This document shows, piece by piece, positions 31,407 to 41,530 of a stretch of 51,936 bases of DNA. Position numbers and translations under genes: made by a program. The notes beneath the pieces were generated by a model, which saw nothing but the letters and a program-made list of their open reading frames with translations, was not told the origin of the DNA and did no database searches. The stretch comes from Oscillospiraceae bacterium (GTDB lineage Bacteria; Bacillota; Clostridia; Oscillospirales; UBA929). Location: the NCBI GenBank assembly GCA_009784085.1, contig WRCJ01000002.1:1-51936 (forward strand), read 5' to 3'. Position 1 is the stretch's first letter. Each line of letters opens with the position of its first letter.

Positions 31407-32819
31407 TCACAAGACCGATACGCCCCCGCCACCACCGGCGCCCAGCTCTTCGCCACCGGTGGGCCGCAACCCATAGCCTGTAAGGATCTCCTCCACTTTC
31501 CCCAAGGCGCGGGCGGCTTGCGCCTGACGCCTCGCCTGTTTGCCTTTGACCGTCGTTTGGATGGGTGCCAGCAACCCGAAGTTGATGTTCATGGGCTGGA
31601 AATCGGTGACAGCCGGGTTGGAAATATACCCAGCCAACGCCCCGAGGGCGGTCTCTCCCGGCCAGTCGATGGACGGCAACCCCAGGCGTTTCCTGGCCAA
31701 CGCCACGCCGGCGAGAAAACCGGAGGCGGCTGACTCCACATAGCCCTCCACGCCGGTCATTTGCCCCGCGAACGACACGCGCGGTTCGCGCCGGGCTTCG
31801 AAATGGCGGGTCAACAGCCGGGGCGAATCCAGGTAGGTGTTGCGGTGCATGACGCCATAGCGCAAGAATTCCGCGTCGCGCAAAGCCGGAACCAACCCAA
31901 ACACCCGGCGCTGTTCGCTAAAGGTTAGATGTGTCTGGCATCCCACTAGATTATACACGTCACCGGCGGCATTGTCACGCCTTAATTGCAAAACAGCATA
32001 ATATCTTTGCCCAGTTTGCAGGTTTCTCAGCCCCACCGGGCGCAGCGGCCCGTATCGCAAGGCGTCCTCGCCCCTGCGCGCCAAGACTTCCACAGGCAGG
32101 CACCCCTCAAACACATGGCCATCCTCAAACCCATGCACCGGCGCCTGGCGGGCGGTACACAGCGCGTCACGGAAAGCCAGGTACCCCTCGCGGTCCAGCG
32201 GGCAGTTCAGATAGTCATCGTCGTCGTCGCTGCCGCGCCCGTAACGCGAACCCCAAAAAGCGTGGCGCATATCCACGCTGTCGGATAGAATGAGCGGCGC
32301 GGCCGCGTCGTAGAAAAACAATGTCGATGCGCCCCCGAAAAATCGTGTTATGGCGCCGGCCATCGCGTCGGAGGTCAGCGGGCCGGTTGCGACGATGACG
32401 TCGCCTTGCGGGATTTCGCGCATCTCGGCACAACGCGTTTCAATGAGCGGATGGGCCATAATCGCTTCGGTGACCGCGCGGGCAAAAGCCTCCCTGTCCA
32501 CCGCCAGCGCGCCGCCGGCCTTCACCCGGTTGCCGTCCGCGCAGGCCATAATCAGGCTACCGACGCGCCGCAATTCCGCTTTGAGCAAACCGGGCGCGTT
32601 GTCCACGCGATCGCCGCGCAGAGAATTGGAACAGACAAGTTCGGCCATATAAGGGCTATGGTGGGCGGGCGTGAATTGCAACGGCTTCATGTCAGTCAGC
32701 ACGACCGGGATGCCCTGCCGCGCCAGTTGCCAGGAGGCTTCGGCGCCGGCGAGGCCGGCGCCGATACAATGCACGGGGGGGCGTGGCGGGTTGATATTTG
32801 CGGGATGGGCGTTATCCAT
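31407..32819 (-). CDS. trmFO: Methylenetetrahydrofolate-tRNA-(uracil-5)-methyltransferase TrmFO
   Basis: FAD fingerprint IGAGLAGAEASWQLA, ELVCSNSLR, and the GQMTGVEGYVESAASG block. Confidence 0.9.
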   Translation of the reverse strand: MDNAHPANINPPRPPVHCIGAGLAGAEASWQLARQGIPVVLTDMKPLQFTPAHHSPYMAELVCSNSLRGDRVDNAPGLLKAELRRVGSLIMACADGNRVKAGGALAVDREAFARAVTEAIMAHPLIETRCAEMREIPQGDVIVATGPLTSDAMAGAITRFFGGASTLFFYDAAAPLILSDSVDMRHAFWGSRYGRGSDDDDDYLNCPLDREGYLAFRDALCTARQAPVHGFEDGHVFEGCLPVEVLARRGEDALRYGPLRPVGLRNLQTGQRYYAVLQLRRDNAAGDVYNLVGCQTHLTFSEQRRVFGLVPALRDAEFLRYGVMHRNTYLDSPRLLTRHFEARREPRVSFAGQMTGVEGYVESAASGFLAGVALARKRLGLPSIDWPGETALGALAGYISNPAVTDFQPMNINFGLLAPIQTTVKGKQARRQAQAARALGKVEEILTGYGLRPTGGEELGAGGGGGVSVL

Positions 32820-32845
32820 CGGCGTTATCCACGGGCATATGGGGT

Positions 32846-35296
32846 TTATCCATTTTCGGATGAGGCGGTAGGTTTCTTCGCAGTAGTTTTGGAAGTGGTT
32901 TTGGTCGCCGCTTTCGACGCGGTTTCCGTCGCGATTTTCGTCGCCGTTTTCGTAGCGGCGGTTTTGACCGTCGCCTTCTTGGCGGGCGCTTTTTTGGTCG
33001 CCGCTTTCTTCGCAGTGGTTTTGGCCGCCGGTTTTTTCGCTGGCGCCTTTTTGGCCGCCGCTTTCTTTGCAGTGGTTTTTGCTGCCGGTTTTTTCGCTGG
33101 CGCCTTCGTTGCGGCGGCGTTGGCCCCTGCCTCCTGGCCCCCAGCCGCAGGCGATTGCTCATTGCCCGCGCCGTCTTGTTCCTGATCTTGATCGCCCTTA
33201 CGCTTCCGGTAGCCGCGCTTGTCCTCGGGCAAGAAGGCCGGGCATTCCGCGTTGGCGCAGAAGGGCTTGGCGGCGCCGCGGCCGCTCTTTTTAAAGAGCG
33301 TGCGCCCGCATTCGGGGCACCGGTCGCCGACGGGCGCGTCCCAGGTCATGAATCCGCAGGCAGGGTGCTTCTCGCATCCGTAATAGTCGCGGTTGTTGCG
33401 GGACTTCTTCTTCAAGATGGTCGCCCCGCAGGCCGGGCACTCGCCCGGGGTCGGCTCGGACATGGGCTTGGTGTTTTTGCAATCGGGATACCCCGGACAG
33501 GCGAAAAACCGTCCATACCGCCCCATTTTAATCACCATTTGCCGGCCGCATAGTTCACAGATCAGATCGGTGGGCTCGTCGGGCACCTTATAGCGCGTCT
33601 TGTCCTCGATGGCCAGCGTAAGCGCCTCGTGGAACACGCCATAAAACTCCGCCAGCATGGCCTTCCAATTCTTGCGGCCTTCTTCAATCATATCCAAGTC
33701 GTTTTCCATGCGGGCCGTAAAGGCTACGTTGATAATGTCGTTGAACCTTTCCTTCATCATGGTGGTGACCACTTCGCCCAAGGGCGTGGGGGATAGGGCG
33801 CGGCCCTGTTTGCACACATATTCGCGCTCCATGATGGTGGAGATGGTGGGCGCGTACGTGGACGGCCGGCCGATACCCGATTCCTCCATGGCTTTGATCA
33901 GGCTGGCTTCGGTATACCGGGGCGGCGGCTGGGTGAAGTGCTGGCCGGGGGTGGTCCCTTGTAAAGTGAGTGCTTCCCCGCGCGTGAGATTGGGCAGCGG
34001 ATCGTCCACGTCGTCGTTATCGTCGTCGCGCCCTTCCTCATAAACCGCCGTGAACCCGGCGAATCGCAAACTCGTATGGTTGGCGCGGAAGATGTAGCCG
34101 GCCGACAGCACGTCGATGGATAGCGTGTCGTACAGCGCGTTTTGCATTTGGCAGGCTACGAAACGCGACCATATCAGCTTGTACAGCCGCCATTGATCCT
34201 CGGTGAGGCTGGCTTTCAGGTAATCGGGCGTCAGGTTGACGTCTGTGGGGCGTATGGCCTCGTGGGCGTCCTGCGCGTTGGATTTGCTCTTGTAGACGCG
34301 CGTCGCGCTGGGGCAATAGTCGACGCCGTACTGCGCCTTGATAAAAGCCCTGGCCTGCCCGGTCGCCTCGTCCGAGAGCCGAAGCGAGTCGGTGCGCATG
34401 TAGGTGATGAGCCCCACAGGACCCAAATCCTTGATGTTGATGCCCTCGTAGAGCTGTTGCGCCACAGCCATGGCGCGGCGGGCGGTCAGGCCCAGCTTGC
34501 GCGAGGCCTCCTGCTGGAGCGTGGAGGTGATAAACGGCGGCGCCGGGTTGCGTTTGCGCACCCCCACCCGGACATCGCGCACCGAAAACGGCGCCTTCTC
34601 TACAGCGGCCATTACCACATCGGTGTCTTCTTTGTTCTTCAGCTCCTGCTTCCCCTCGGTGTCGCCATAAAAATGCGCCATAAAGGCGCCGCCATCGGCG
34701 CGGGCCAGCGTCACATCCAATGACCAATACTCGTCAGGCGTGAAAGCCCTGATCTCCAGCTCCCGGTCGACCACCAGCCGTGTCGCCACGGATTGCACGC
34801 GCCCGGCCGACAAACCCGGCTTGATTTTGCGCCATAGCAAGGGGCTGAGCTCGTAGCCCAAGATGCGGTCGATGACGCGGCGGGTCTGCTGGGCGTCCAC
34901 CAGATCGGCGTCGATGCCCCTGGGGTTTTCGATACTCTCGCGCACGACCTTCTTTGTGATCTCATTGAAGGTGACCCGGGCCGTCTTCTCGTCCGGAAGC
35001 TCCAAGAGTTGCTTGAGATGCCAGGAAATGGCCTCGCCCTCCCGGTCGGGGTCGGTGGCCAGGTAGACGCGCTTGGCCTTTTTGGCTCTCGCGTGCAGGT
35101 CGGAAATGGTCTTTTCCTTGCCCGCAATGGGTTTATAGTCGATCACAAAACCGGCGGGGATATCCACGCCCATCTTGGACTTGGGCAAGTCCCTCAGGTG
35201 CCCCATGGTGGCTTTCACCGAGAAGTCCTTCCCCAAATACTTTTCAATGGTCTTCGCTTTGGCGGGCGATTCCACGATGATTAGATTTGCGGCCAT
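32846..35296 (-). CDS. topA: DNA topoisomerase I with C-terminal zinc ribbons and a Lys/Ala-rich repeat tail
   Basis: LIIVESPAKAKTIEKYLG (Toprim), the active-site region, several CxxC...CxxC zinc ribbons, then KKPAAKTTAKKAAAKKAPA repeats. Confidence 0.95.
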   Translation of the reverse strand: MAANLIIVESPAKAKTIEKYLGKDFSVKATMGHLRDLPKSKMGVDIPAGFVIDYKPIAGKEKTISDLHARAKKAKRVYLATDPDREGEAISWHLKQLLELPDEKTARVTFNEITKKVVRESIENPRGIDADLVDAQQTRRVIDRILGYELSPLLWRKIKPGLSAGRVQSVATRLVVDRELEIRAFTPDEYWSLDVTLARADGGAFMAHFYGDTEGKQELKNKEDTDVVMAAVEKAPFSVRDVRVGVRKRNPAPPFITSTLQQEASRKLGLTARRAMAVAQQLYEGINIKDLGPVGLITYMRTDSLRLSDEATGQARAFIKAQYGVDYCPSATRVYKSKSNAQDAHEAIRPTDVNLTPDYLKASLTEDQWRLYKLIWSRFVACQMQNALYDTLSIDVLSAGYIFRANHTSLRFAGFTAVYEEGRDDDNDDVDDPLPNLTRGEALTLQGTTPGQHFTQPPPRYTEASLIKAMEESGIGRPSTYAPTISTIMEREYVCKQGRALSPTPLGEVVTTMMKERFNDIINVAFTARMENDLDMIEEGRKNWKAMLAEFYGVFHEALTLAIEDKTRYKVPDEPTDLICELCGRQMVIKMGRYGRFFACPGYPDCKNTKPMSEPTPGECPACGATILKKKSRNNRDYYGCEKHPACGFMTWDAPVGDRCPECGRTLFKKSGRGAAKPFCANAECPAFLPEDKRGYRKRKGDQDQEQDGAGNEQSPAAGGQEAGANAAATKAPAKKPAAKTTAKKAAAKKAPAKKPAAKTTAKKAATKKAPAKKATVKTAATKTATKIATETASKAATKTTSKTTAKKPTASSENG

Positions 35297-35324
35297 AATG
35301 TCCCCCTCAAAAGAATGTAATATA

Positions 35325-36587
35325 TCACTTGTTCATAGCCCCCAAGACGCGGCCGGCGGCCCGGTACCTGTTCCCCGGCAACGCATGCACCGCGTCGTTT
35401 AATTCCAGCAAGGTGAGCTCCCGCAATACGCGAAAGGCGGGCAAGCCGACTCGCCCGACAAGCTCGTCCACATGGCAGTCTTTGTCCGCCAAGGCTTCTA
35501 TGATGGTTTTGCCCTCTGGCGACAAGTCGCGGTTGTCTTCGATAGAACCGGTGATCCCCGACATCGGAACCCACGGCGCCGTGGTTCCGGGCGTGGGCAT
35601 ACCGGGCGTGGGCGCATCGGGCGCATTGGATTCCGACACATCGGGCATCGGGTTGCCCGACAGCGCGGGCGGCGGCATGCTTGGGGTTTGCGGCTGGGTT
35701 ATCCTATGCGGGTAGAGGGCGACGTATTCCCGCAGGACATCCTGCGGCTCGGTCACCATCTGCGCGCCTTCCTTCAGCAATCTGTTTGTCCCCACGCTCC
35801 CGGGGGCGTCGATGTTGCCCGGTACCGCAAAGACGTCCCTGCCTTGCTCCAACGCATGGTGCGCCGTGATGAGCGCCCCGGACTTTTCGCCGGCCTCCAC
35901 CACCATGGTCCCCAGCGTCAGCCCGCTGATGATGCGGTTGCGCATGGGGAAATGGCCGCCTAAGGGGCGCGTCCCCGGCGGATATTCGCTCACGAGTGCC
36001 CCCGCCGAGGATACGTCTTCGTATAGTGATCGGTTTGACGCGGGATACGGCACGTCGGCGCCGCATCCCAGGACGGCTACGGTGGGCGCGCCGGCCCTGA
36101 GGGCGGCGGCGTGGGCGGCGGCGTCTATGCCGGCGGCCAGGCCGGATACAATCAACATGCCGGAACCCGCCAGCGAGAAGGATAGCCGGCCCGCCGCCTG
36201 GATTCCATAGGGCGTCGCCTTCCTGGCGCCTACTATCGCCAGGGCCGCCTCCTCGTCCATGGTGGGAAGGCGTCCTTTGATATAGAGTACGCTGGGCGGC
36301 GCATGAATATTTTTCAATCGTTCGGGATAATCGGCGTCCTGCATCGTCATCACACGCAACGAGAGTATATCGCATTGCTCCAAAATGCGCTCCGCCGTGT
36401 CCAAGTTGCGGGAGAAAAGACCCTCCGACGGACGCCCGGTCTGTCGTCCCAGGAACGCCTGCAATTCGGCGTTGCCCGCGAAATAGACGTTTTCCGGCGT
36501 GCCATAGGCGTCTATCAGCGAAAAAACCGCAACCGGACCCACTTGGCGCAGGGAACTCAGCCAAATCCAGTACTTGAGCGCGGACAC
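35325..36587 (-). CDS. dprA: DNA-processing protein DprA/Smf
   Basis: Rossmann-like core (SGLAAGIDAAAHAAAL, GALITA...A.EQGRDVFAVPG); located upstream of topA, as is common. Confidence 0.88.
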   Translation of the reverse strand: MSALKYWIWLSSLRQVGPVAVFSLIDAYGTPENVYFAGNAELQAFLGRQTGRPSEGLFSRNLDTAERILEQCDILSLRVMTMQDADYPERLKNIHAPPSVLYIKGRLPTMDEEAALAIVGARKATPYGIQAAGRLSFSLAGSGMLIVSGLAAGIDAAAHAAALRAGAPTVAVLGCGADVPYPASNRSLYEDVSSAGALVSEYPPGTRPLGGHFPMRNRIISGLTLGTMVVEAGEKSGALITAHHALEQGRDVFAVPGNIDAPGSVGTNRLLKEGAQMVTEPQDVLREYVALYPHRITQPQTPSMPPPALSGNPMPDVSESNAPDAPTPGMPTPGTTAPWVPMSGITGSIEDNRDLSPEGKTIIEALADKDCHVDELVGRVGLPAFRVLRELTLLELNDAVHALPGNRYRAAGRVLGAMNK

Positions 36588-36598
36588 GCAAACACCCC

Positions 36599-37420
36599 TT
36601 AGCCATGAATGAATGGATTACTACCGCGTTTGGACTCCCCCGCCCTCTTGGATTCCCATAGCAAAATGGCGGCTGCCGCCGCTACGCCTAAGGATTGGCA
36701 GGCGGGGCCAGTGGGGATCCTGACGCGAATATCTGCCCGGCGCATCAGCGGGGCGGACAGGCCGGCGCCCTCGTTGCCCAGCAACAGCACGCCGGAGGAC
36801 AGATCGACATCGCGCACATCCACGGCGTCCGGGGCCGGGGCGGCGGCGTAGACCGGCAACGGGCAACCCGATAGTATTTCCCACAAGCCCTCGTCCGCGG
36901 ATCCGCATTCATACACAGGAGTTCCGAAAATGGCGCCCATGGAGGCGCGCACGGCCTTTGGCGAATAAGGATCCGCGCAGCCGGGGCCTAGCAACACGCC
37001 GCCGACAGAGAAAGCGTCGCAGGTGCGCAGGATGGATCCGACGTTGCCGGGATCCTGCACGCGGTCGAGCGCGATGTAGAGCGACGGCGATGAGAAACCC
37101 GGCCAACCGGCGTCCAACCGTTCGGCATCCGGCCGGCGGCACAGGAACACCAGCCCCTGGGGCGTATCGGTGGGCGAGATGGCGCCAAGCAACCTCTCGG
37201 GCAACTCGGCCACGCGGACGCCGGCGGGCAACCGGGGCAACGCCGCGCCTGGACGGCACAGCACCGCGTAAATCTCCGCCCCCCGCGCCAACGCCTCCGG
37301 CAAGAGTGTCGGGCCGTCGCAAAGGAACAAGCCGCGATCCCGGCGGGCCGACTTGGAAGAGGCCAGTTTAACAGCCAGTTTCACGAGCGGATTATCACGG
37401 CTGACAATGATTTCCCGCAT
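36599..37420 (-). CDS. TrmH/SpoU-family RNA 2'-O-methyltransferase
   Basis: SpoU blocks (LDRVQDPGNVGSILRT, LLLGNEGAGLS, IP...SLGVAAAAAILL). The ATG at 37420 overlaps the upstream TGA. Confidence 0.8.
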   Translation of the reverse strand: MREIIVSRDNPLVKLAVKLASSKSARRDRGLFLCDGPTLLPEALARGAEIYAVLCRPGAALPRLPAGVRVAELPERLLGAISPTDTPQGLVFLCRRPDAERLDAGWPGFSSPSLYIALDRVQDPGNVGSILRTCDAFSVGGVLLGPGCADPYSPKAVRASMGAIFGTPVYECGSADEGLWEILSGCPLPVYAAAPAPDAVDVRDVDLSSGVLLLGNEGAGLSAPLMRRADIRVRIPTGPACQSLGVAAAAAILLWESKRAGESKRGSNPFIHG

Positions 37421-38043
37421 CAAGGTTGGTTCATCTCCCAGAGCATATTGGCAAAGGCAATGGCCTGTTCGTAGTGTACCCATATCTCCGGATCCGCCCG
37501 CTTTTCGGGCGTCAACGCCCTGACGCAGAGATAAAAATCACGCACAGCCCCCAAGCTCTCCAGCGAGGGCGGTGGATCCACCCGCATCAGCCACGGGCTG
37601 TCGGGCAGGGAAGGCAAACCCAGATCGGACAGGGGCATCAGGAAATCCCCCGACTCCACCATGTAGCCCAGATCCGTTAAGGTTGCCTCGTCCAATACCA
37701 GCACCAGAAGTTCGTCGTTTGTCAATTCCGCTTGAAACTTGATGCGGGACGCCATACCCATCTCGGAGTTTGAAAATCCAAGCGCCATGCCGTGTACAAT
37801 CACCTGCCCGTCGCCGTTGAGGTCGGCGAGCCTCTCGGTGGCGAGATCGGTCCATTCGATATAGGTGTCCCCCGCAAACCCGTCCGCCACCAAGATGTAC
37901 TTGAAGTCCGGGATTTCCCTGCCCAGGACCGACGCGACACTGAACGCGACGAGGGCGATGCCGCCCAGCACGCCAATGGTATGCCATTTGTAATGGTACC
38001 AGAATGTGTTTTGGAACCAGTGGAGGAACTGACGAAGTTTCAT
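37420..38043 (-). CDS. N-terminally anchored protein of unknown function
   Basis: 207 aa with one TM helix (IGVLGGIALVAFSVASVL). ATGA overlap with the lysS stop and TGATG overlap with the trmH-like start. The longer track ORF is an upstream extension. Confidence 0.55.
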   Translation of the reverse strand: MKLRQFLHWFQNTFWYHYKWHTIGVLGGIALVAFSVASVLGREIPDFKYILVADGFAGDTYIEWTDLATERLADLNGDGQVIVHGMALGFSNSEMGMASRIKFQAELTNDELLVLVLDEATLTDLGYMVESGDFLMPLSDLGLPSLPDSPWLMRVDPPPSLESLGAVRDFYLCVRALTPEKRADPEIWVHYEQAIAFANMLWEMNQP

Positions 38044-39524
38044 GGGTCGAGGGGTTTCATCGTGGGGAACAGGATGACATCGCGGATGGAGGCGCTGTCG
38101 GTCAACAGCATGACCAGCCGGTCGATGCCGAGGCCGCAACCGCCGGTGGGCGGCAGGCCATATTCCAACGCCGTGAGGAAGTCCTCGTCCAACATGCAAG
38201 CCTCCTCGTCGCCGGCGGCGCGCAGGGCGGCTTGGCGGACAAAACGTTCCCGCTGGTCGATAGGGTCGTTGAGTTCGGAGAAACCGTTGGCCATCTCGCG
38301 GCGGGTGATGAACAACTCAAAGCGATCGGTGAGCCTGGGGTCGTCCCGGCAACGCTTGGCCAGTGGGGAGACCTCCACCGGATACTGGGTGATAAAGGTG
38401 GGTTGCGCCAGGGAGCCTTCGACTTTTTGCTCAAAGCATTCATACAGCCACTCCCCCCAGGAAAGCGTGTCCCGCCCCTCCACGCCGGCGCGAAGCGACG
38501 CCTCCCGGGCGCCGGCATCCGTGGGGGTGGGGATGGCCAAAAAGTCCACGCCCGTGCGCTCCAAGACCGCCTCGGCCATGCTTTGCCGCCTGAAGGGCAA
38601 ACGCAGGCTGATCGCGTCCCCCTGGTAGGTGATGTCGGTCGTGCCCAATATATCTTGCGCTAAACCGGATATCAGCCCCTCGGTGCGTCCCATGATGCCC
38701 TCGCAGTCCGTGTAAGCTTCATAAAACTCTATCGTGGTAAACTCCGGATTATGCTTGGTACTCATGCCTTCGTTGCGGAACAAACGCCCAATTTCGTACA
38801 CCCGCTCGAAACCACCGACAACCAGCCGCTTGAGCGGCAGTTCGGTGGCGATGCGCAGGAACATATCCAAATCGAGGGCGTTGTGGCGGGTGGTAAAAGG
38901 CCGCGCCGTCGCCCCGCCCAGGATAGTGCCCAACACAGGCGTGTCCACCTCTAGGTATCCCAGCGCGTCGAAGTAAGCTCGGATGCCGCTGACAAGCCGC
39001 GTACGCAATTGAAAAACACGGCGGCATGCGGGGTTCATGATGAGATCCACATACCGCTGGCGGTAACGCAAGTCGGTGTCGGTCAGGCCGTGGTACTTCT
39101 CGGGCAACGGGTGCAGGGACTTGGACAGCAGTGTGATTTCGGTCACATGCAACGAAATCTCCCCCCGGCGCGTGCGGAACACCTGGCCGGCCACCCCCAC
39201 GATATCGCCGATGTCCATCTTCTTGAACCGGGCGAAGTTATCCGGGCCCAAATCGTCCACTTTTAGGTAGAGTTGGAGGCGGCCGCTGCCGTCTTGCAGA
39301 TCGCAAAAGAAAGCGCGGCCCATGTCGCGTTTGGACATAATGCGGCCGGCCAGCGACTTGGATTGCCCTTCCCATTCGCCAAAGCGAAGAACCACGTCAT
39401 GGCAGCGCGCCGTTACGTCGTATCGTGAAATCTGAAAGGGATCTTGCCCTTCCGCCTGCAATGCGTTGAGTTTCTCCCGCCTAATCTGCGTCAAATCGGA
39501 ACTAGTAAAATTAATTTCAGACAA
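38040..39524 (-). CDS. lysS: Lysine-tRNA ligase (class II)
   Basis: OB-fold N-domain and class II motifs (FRNEG, GLGIDRLVMLLT). Confidence 0.95.
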   Translation of the reverse strand: MSEINFTSSDLTQIRREKLNALQAEGQDPFQISRYDVTARCHDVVLRFGEWEGQSKSLAGRIMSKRDMGRAFFCDLQDGSGRLQLYLKVDDLGPDNFARFKKMDIGDIVGVAGQVFRTRRGEISLHVTEITLLSKSLHPLPEKYHGLTDTDLRYRQRYVDLIMNPACRRVFQLRTRLVSGIRAYFDALGYLEVDTPVLGTILGGATARPFTTRHNALDLDMFLRIATELPLKRLVVGGFERVYEIGRLFRNEGMSTKHNPEFTTIEFYEAYTDCEGIMGRTEGLISGLAQDILGTTDITYQGDAISLRLPFRRQSMAEAVLERTGVDFLAIPTPTDAGAREASLRAGVEGRDTLSWGEWLYECFEQKVEGSLAQPTFITQYPVEVSPLAKRCRDDPRLTDRFELFITRREMANGFSELNDPIDQRERFVRQAALRAAGDEEACMLDEDFLTALEYGLPPTGGCGLGIDRLVMLLTDSASIRDVILFPTMKPLDP

Positions 39525-39555
39525 GTTCTCCCTTCTCTCTTCACACCCATATCGC

Positions 39556-40038
39556 TTACACGTGGATGCCCACGTGGATGCCGATGATTTTATAGCGCAG
39601 GGCGCCCGCAGGCACGTTCACCTGCACCTCGTCGCCCTCATGTTTCCCCAGCAATGCGCAGCCAAAAGGGGATTCGTCCGATATGCGCGACTCCAAGGGA
39701 TTGGCTTCCTGGGAGCCGACGACCGTGTACTCTTCCCGCGCCTCGGTGTCCAAATCGATCACGGTGACGCGGCACCCCGCCGCCACCACGCCGGAGGCAT
39801 CGTTGGGGGTAATCACCTGCGCGTGGGATAAGATTTCCTCCAGCTCTACCATCCGGGAAAACATGCGCCCCTGCTCGTTTTTGGCTTCGTCGTATTCGCT
39901 GTTTTCCGAAAGGTCGCCAAAGGATCGGGCCTCTTTGATCTGCTCGGCAACCTCTTTCCCCTTCACGGTTTTCAGGTAATTCAGTTCTTCCTGCAAGGCT
40001 TTCTTTCGCTCGGCGGTCAGTTTGTATGTTTTTTGCAT
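39556..40038 (-). CDS. greA: Transcription elongation factor GreA
   Basis: GDLSENSEYDEAK motif and a C-terminal FKBP-like domain. It carries an extra GIHVGIHV tail from a 12-nt tandem duplication. Confidence 0.92.
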   Translation of the reverse strand: MQKTYKLTAERKKALQEELNYLKTVKGKEVAEQIKEARSFGDLSENSEYDEAKNEQGRMFSRMVELEEILSHAQVITPNDASGVVAAGCRVTVIDLDTEAREEYTVVGSQEANPLESRISDESPFGCALLGKHEGDEVQVNVPAGALRYKIIGIHVGIHV

Positions 40039-40140
40039 GTCACACTACAGCTCCTCAGGTCTCTGGGCATTACTAATCTTATCGAAAGTAATCGCCATAA
40101 CATAATACTTAAAGATACTTAAAGGGAAACGTTACGTATG

Positions 40141-40169
40141 AGTATACGTATTTCCGGCCCATTTGTCAA
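40141..40169 (-). promoter_or_regulatory. Consensus-like sigma-70 promoter for greA-lysS
   Basis: Minus strand: TTGACA (40164-40169, overlapping the ctpA stop), 17 nt, TATACT (40141-40146). Confidence 0.6.
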
Positions 40170-41437
40170 GGATCCGGCACCTCCGGGGATTCCGCGGGGT
40201 CCGGGGATTCCGGCGGTGGCGGCGGCGGCAACAACGGCTGCAAGATTTCTATCGCCTTTTGGAGCTGGCTGTCACGCTCATGGGGCAGCGTGTACAGGTT
40301 TGCCCCCTCAAACAGGCTCACGGCATGATCCGGCAGCAAGCCTACGCCGGACAACCCGCGCCCCAGCACGGGGGTAAAATATTCCCGGTTCGACAGGACA
40401 ATCGCCGCCTCGCCGGCATGGAGGGGAATGAGCTCCTGGGCATATCCCTTCCCCGTGGTGGGGTCGCCCACCAGGGCGGCCTTCTCATATTCATGGAGGG
40501 CGGCGGCGAAGAACTCGGCGGCGCTGTAGGAATCCTCGTTGATGAGGACCACCATCGGTTGATCCGGGAGATCCACGTCGCCCGGCCCCGCGGAGGTGCG
40601 CGGGTACTCCTTTCCGGTCCTGTCCCGCAACGTAATGAGTAGCTCGTCGCGGGGCAGCAACATGCCCAGCATGTTGCACATGACATCGATCTGCCCGCCC
40701 GGATTGTTGCGCACATCGAAAATGATGGCGTCCACATGGGCGTTTTGCAGATGGATGATGGCATCGCGGAAGTCCCTGTCCACATTGTGGCTGAAATTGC
40801 GGATGCGGACCAGGGCAATGTTCTGCCCGGCCAGTATTTCGGAATATACGGCCTGAAAATTGACCCTCCTGCGCTGGAGCGTCAGACCAATGGTTTCCCC
40901 GTCCGACGCGCGGCGCACGCGGATATCCACCTTCGTGTTTTCCTCGCCCGCCAGCATGTTGATGGCCTGCCGGAAGTTGTCCCGGTTCACGGGTAGCCCG
41001 CCGACCTCGACAATGCGGTCGAAACGTTGCAGTCTGGCTTCCTGGGCGGGGGAGCCTTCGTATACCTCCTCGATGAGAATGTCCCCGGCCTCGCTCGCGC
41101 CGGCGACGATGCCAATGCCAAACGGGTTGTCCTGGCTGTCTTTGTAGGCGGCATACTCCTCGGGGTTCATATAATAGGAATACTCGTCCGCAAGGGAACC
41201 CGCCATGCCCCGGATGGCGCCCTCCAGTAGCGCGACATCGTCTACGGATCCCACAAAACCATTCAGGATGACATTGCGCGCCTCGATGTAATCCGCCAAT
41301 TCCCTGCGCGACCGCGCGAGGGAGTCGTTATCTTTCTGTATTTTGTCCCAAGCCACGGAGTACGCAATGATGACCGACAGCACCGCCACCGGCAACATCA
41401 ACGCCAACACCGTGCCCAATGTGAATCTTTTTTTCAT
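40166..41437 (-). CDS. ctpA: S41-family carboxy-terminal processing protease
   Basis: N-terminal TM, a PDZ segment, and the S41 core (LINEDSYSAAEFFAAAL with the catalytic Ser, and TTGKGYAQ). Pro-rich tail. Confidence 0.85.
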   Translation of the reverse strand: MKKRFTLGTVLALMLPVAVLSVIIAYSVAWDKIQKDNDSLARSRRELADYIEARNVILNGFVGSVDDVALLEGAIRGMAGSLADEYSYYMNPEEYAAYKDSQDNPFGIGIVAGASEAGDILIEEVYEGSPAQEARLQRFDRIVEVGGLPVNRDNFRQAINMLAGEENTKVDIRVRRASDGETIGLTLQRRRVNFQAVYSEILAGQNIALVRIRNFSHNVDRDFRDAIIHLQNAHVDAIIFDVRNNPGGQIDVMCNMLGMLLPRDELLITLRDRTGKEYPRTSAGPGDVDLPDQPMVVLINEDSYSAAEFFAAALHEYEKAALVGDPTTGKGYAQELIPLHAGEAAIVLSNREYFTPVLGRGLSGVGLLPDHAVSLFEGANLYTLPHERDSQLQKAIEILQPLLPPPPPPESPDPAESPEVPDP

Positions 41438-41530
41438 GGACGCTCCCTAAGTTATCAGTTGCTTATTATGTATTCCATCGTTGCCAATATGTAGTTGCCT
41501 ATATGTATACATCTAATTGCCTATCGTTGC

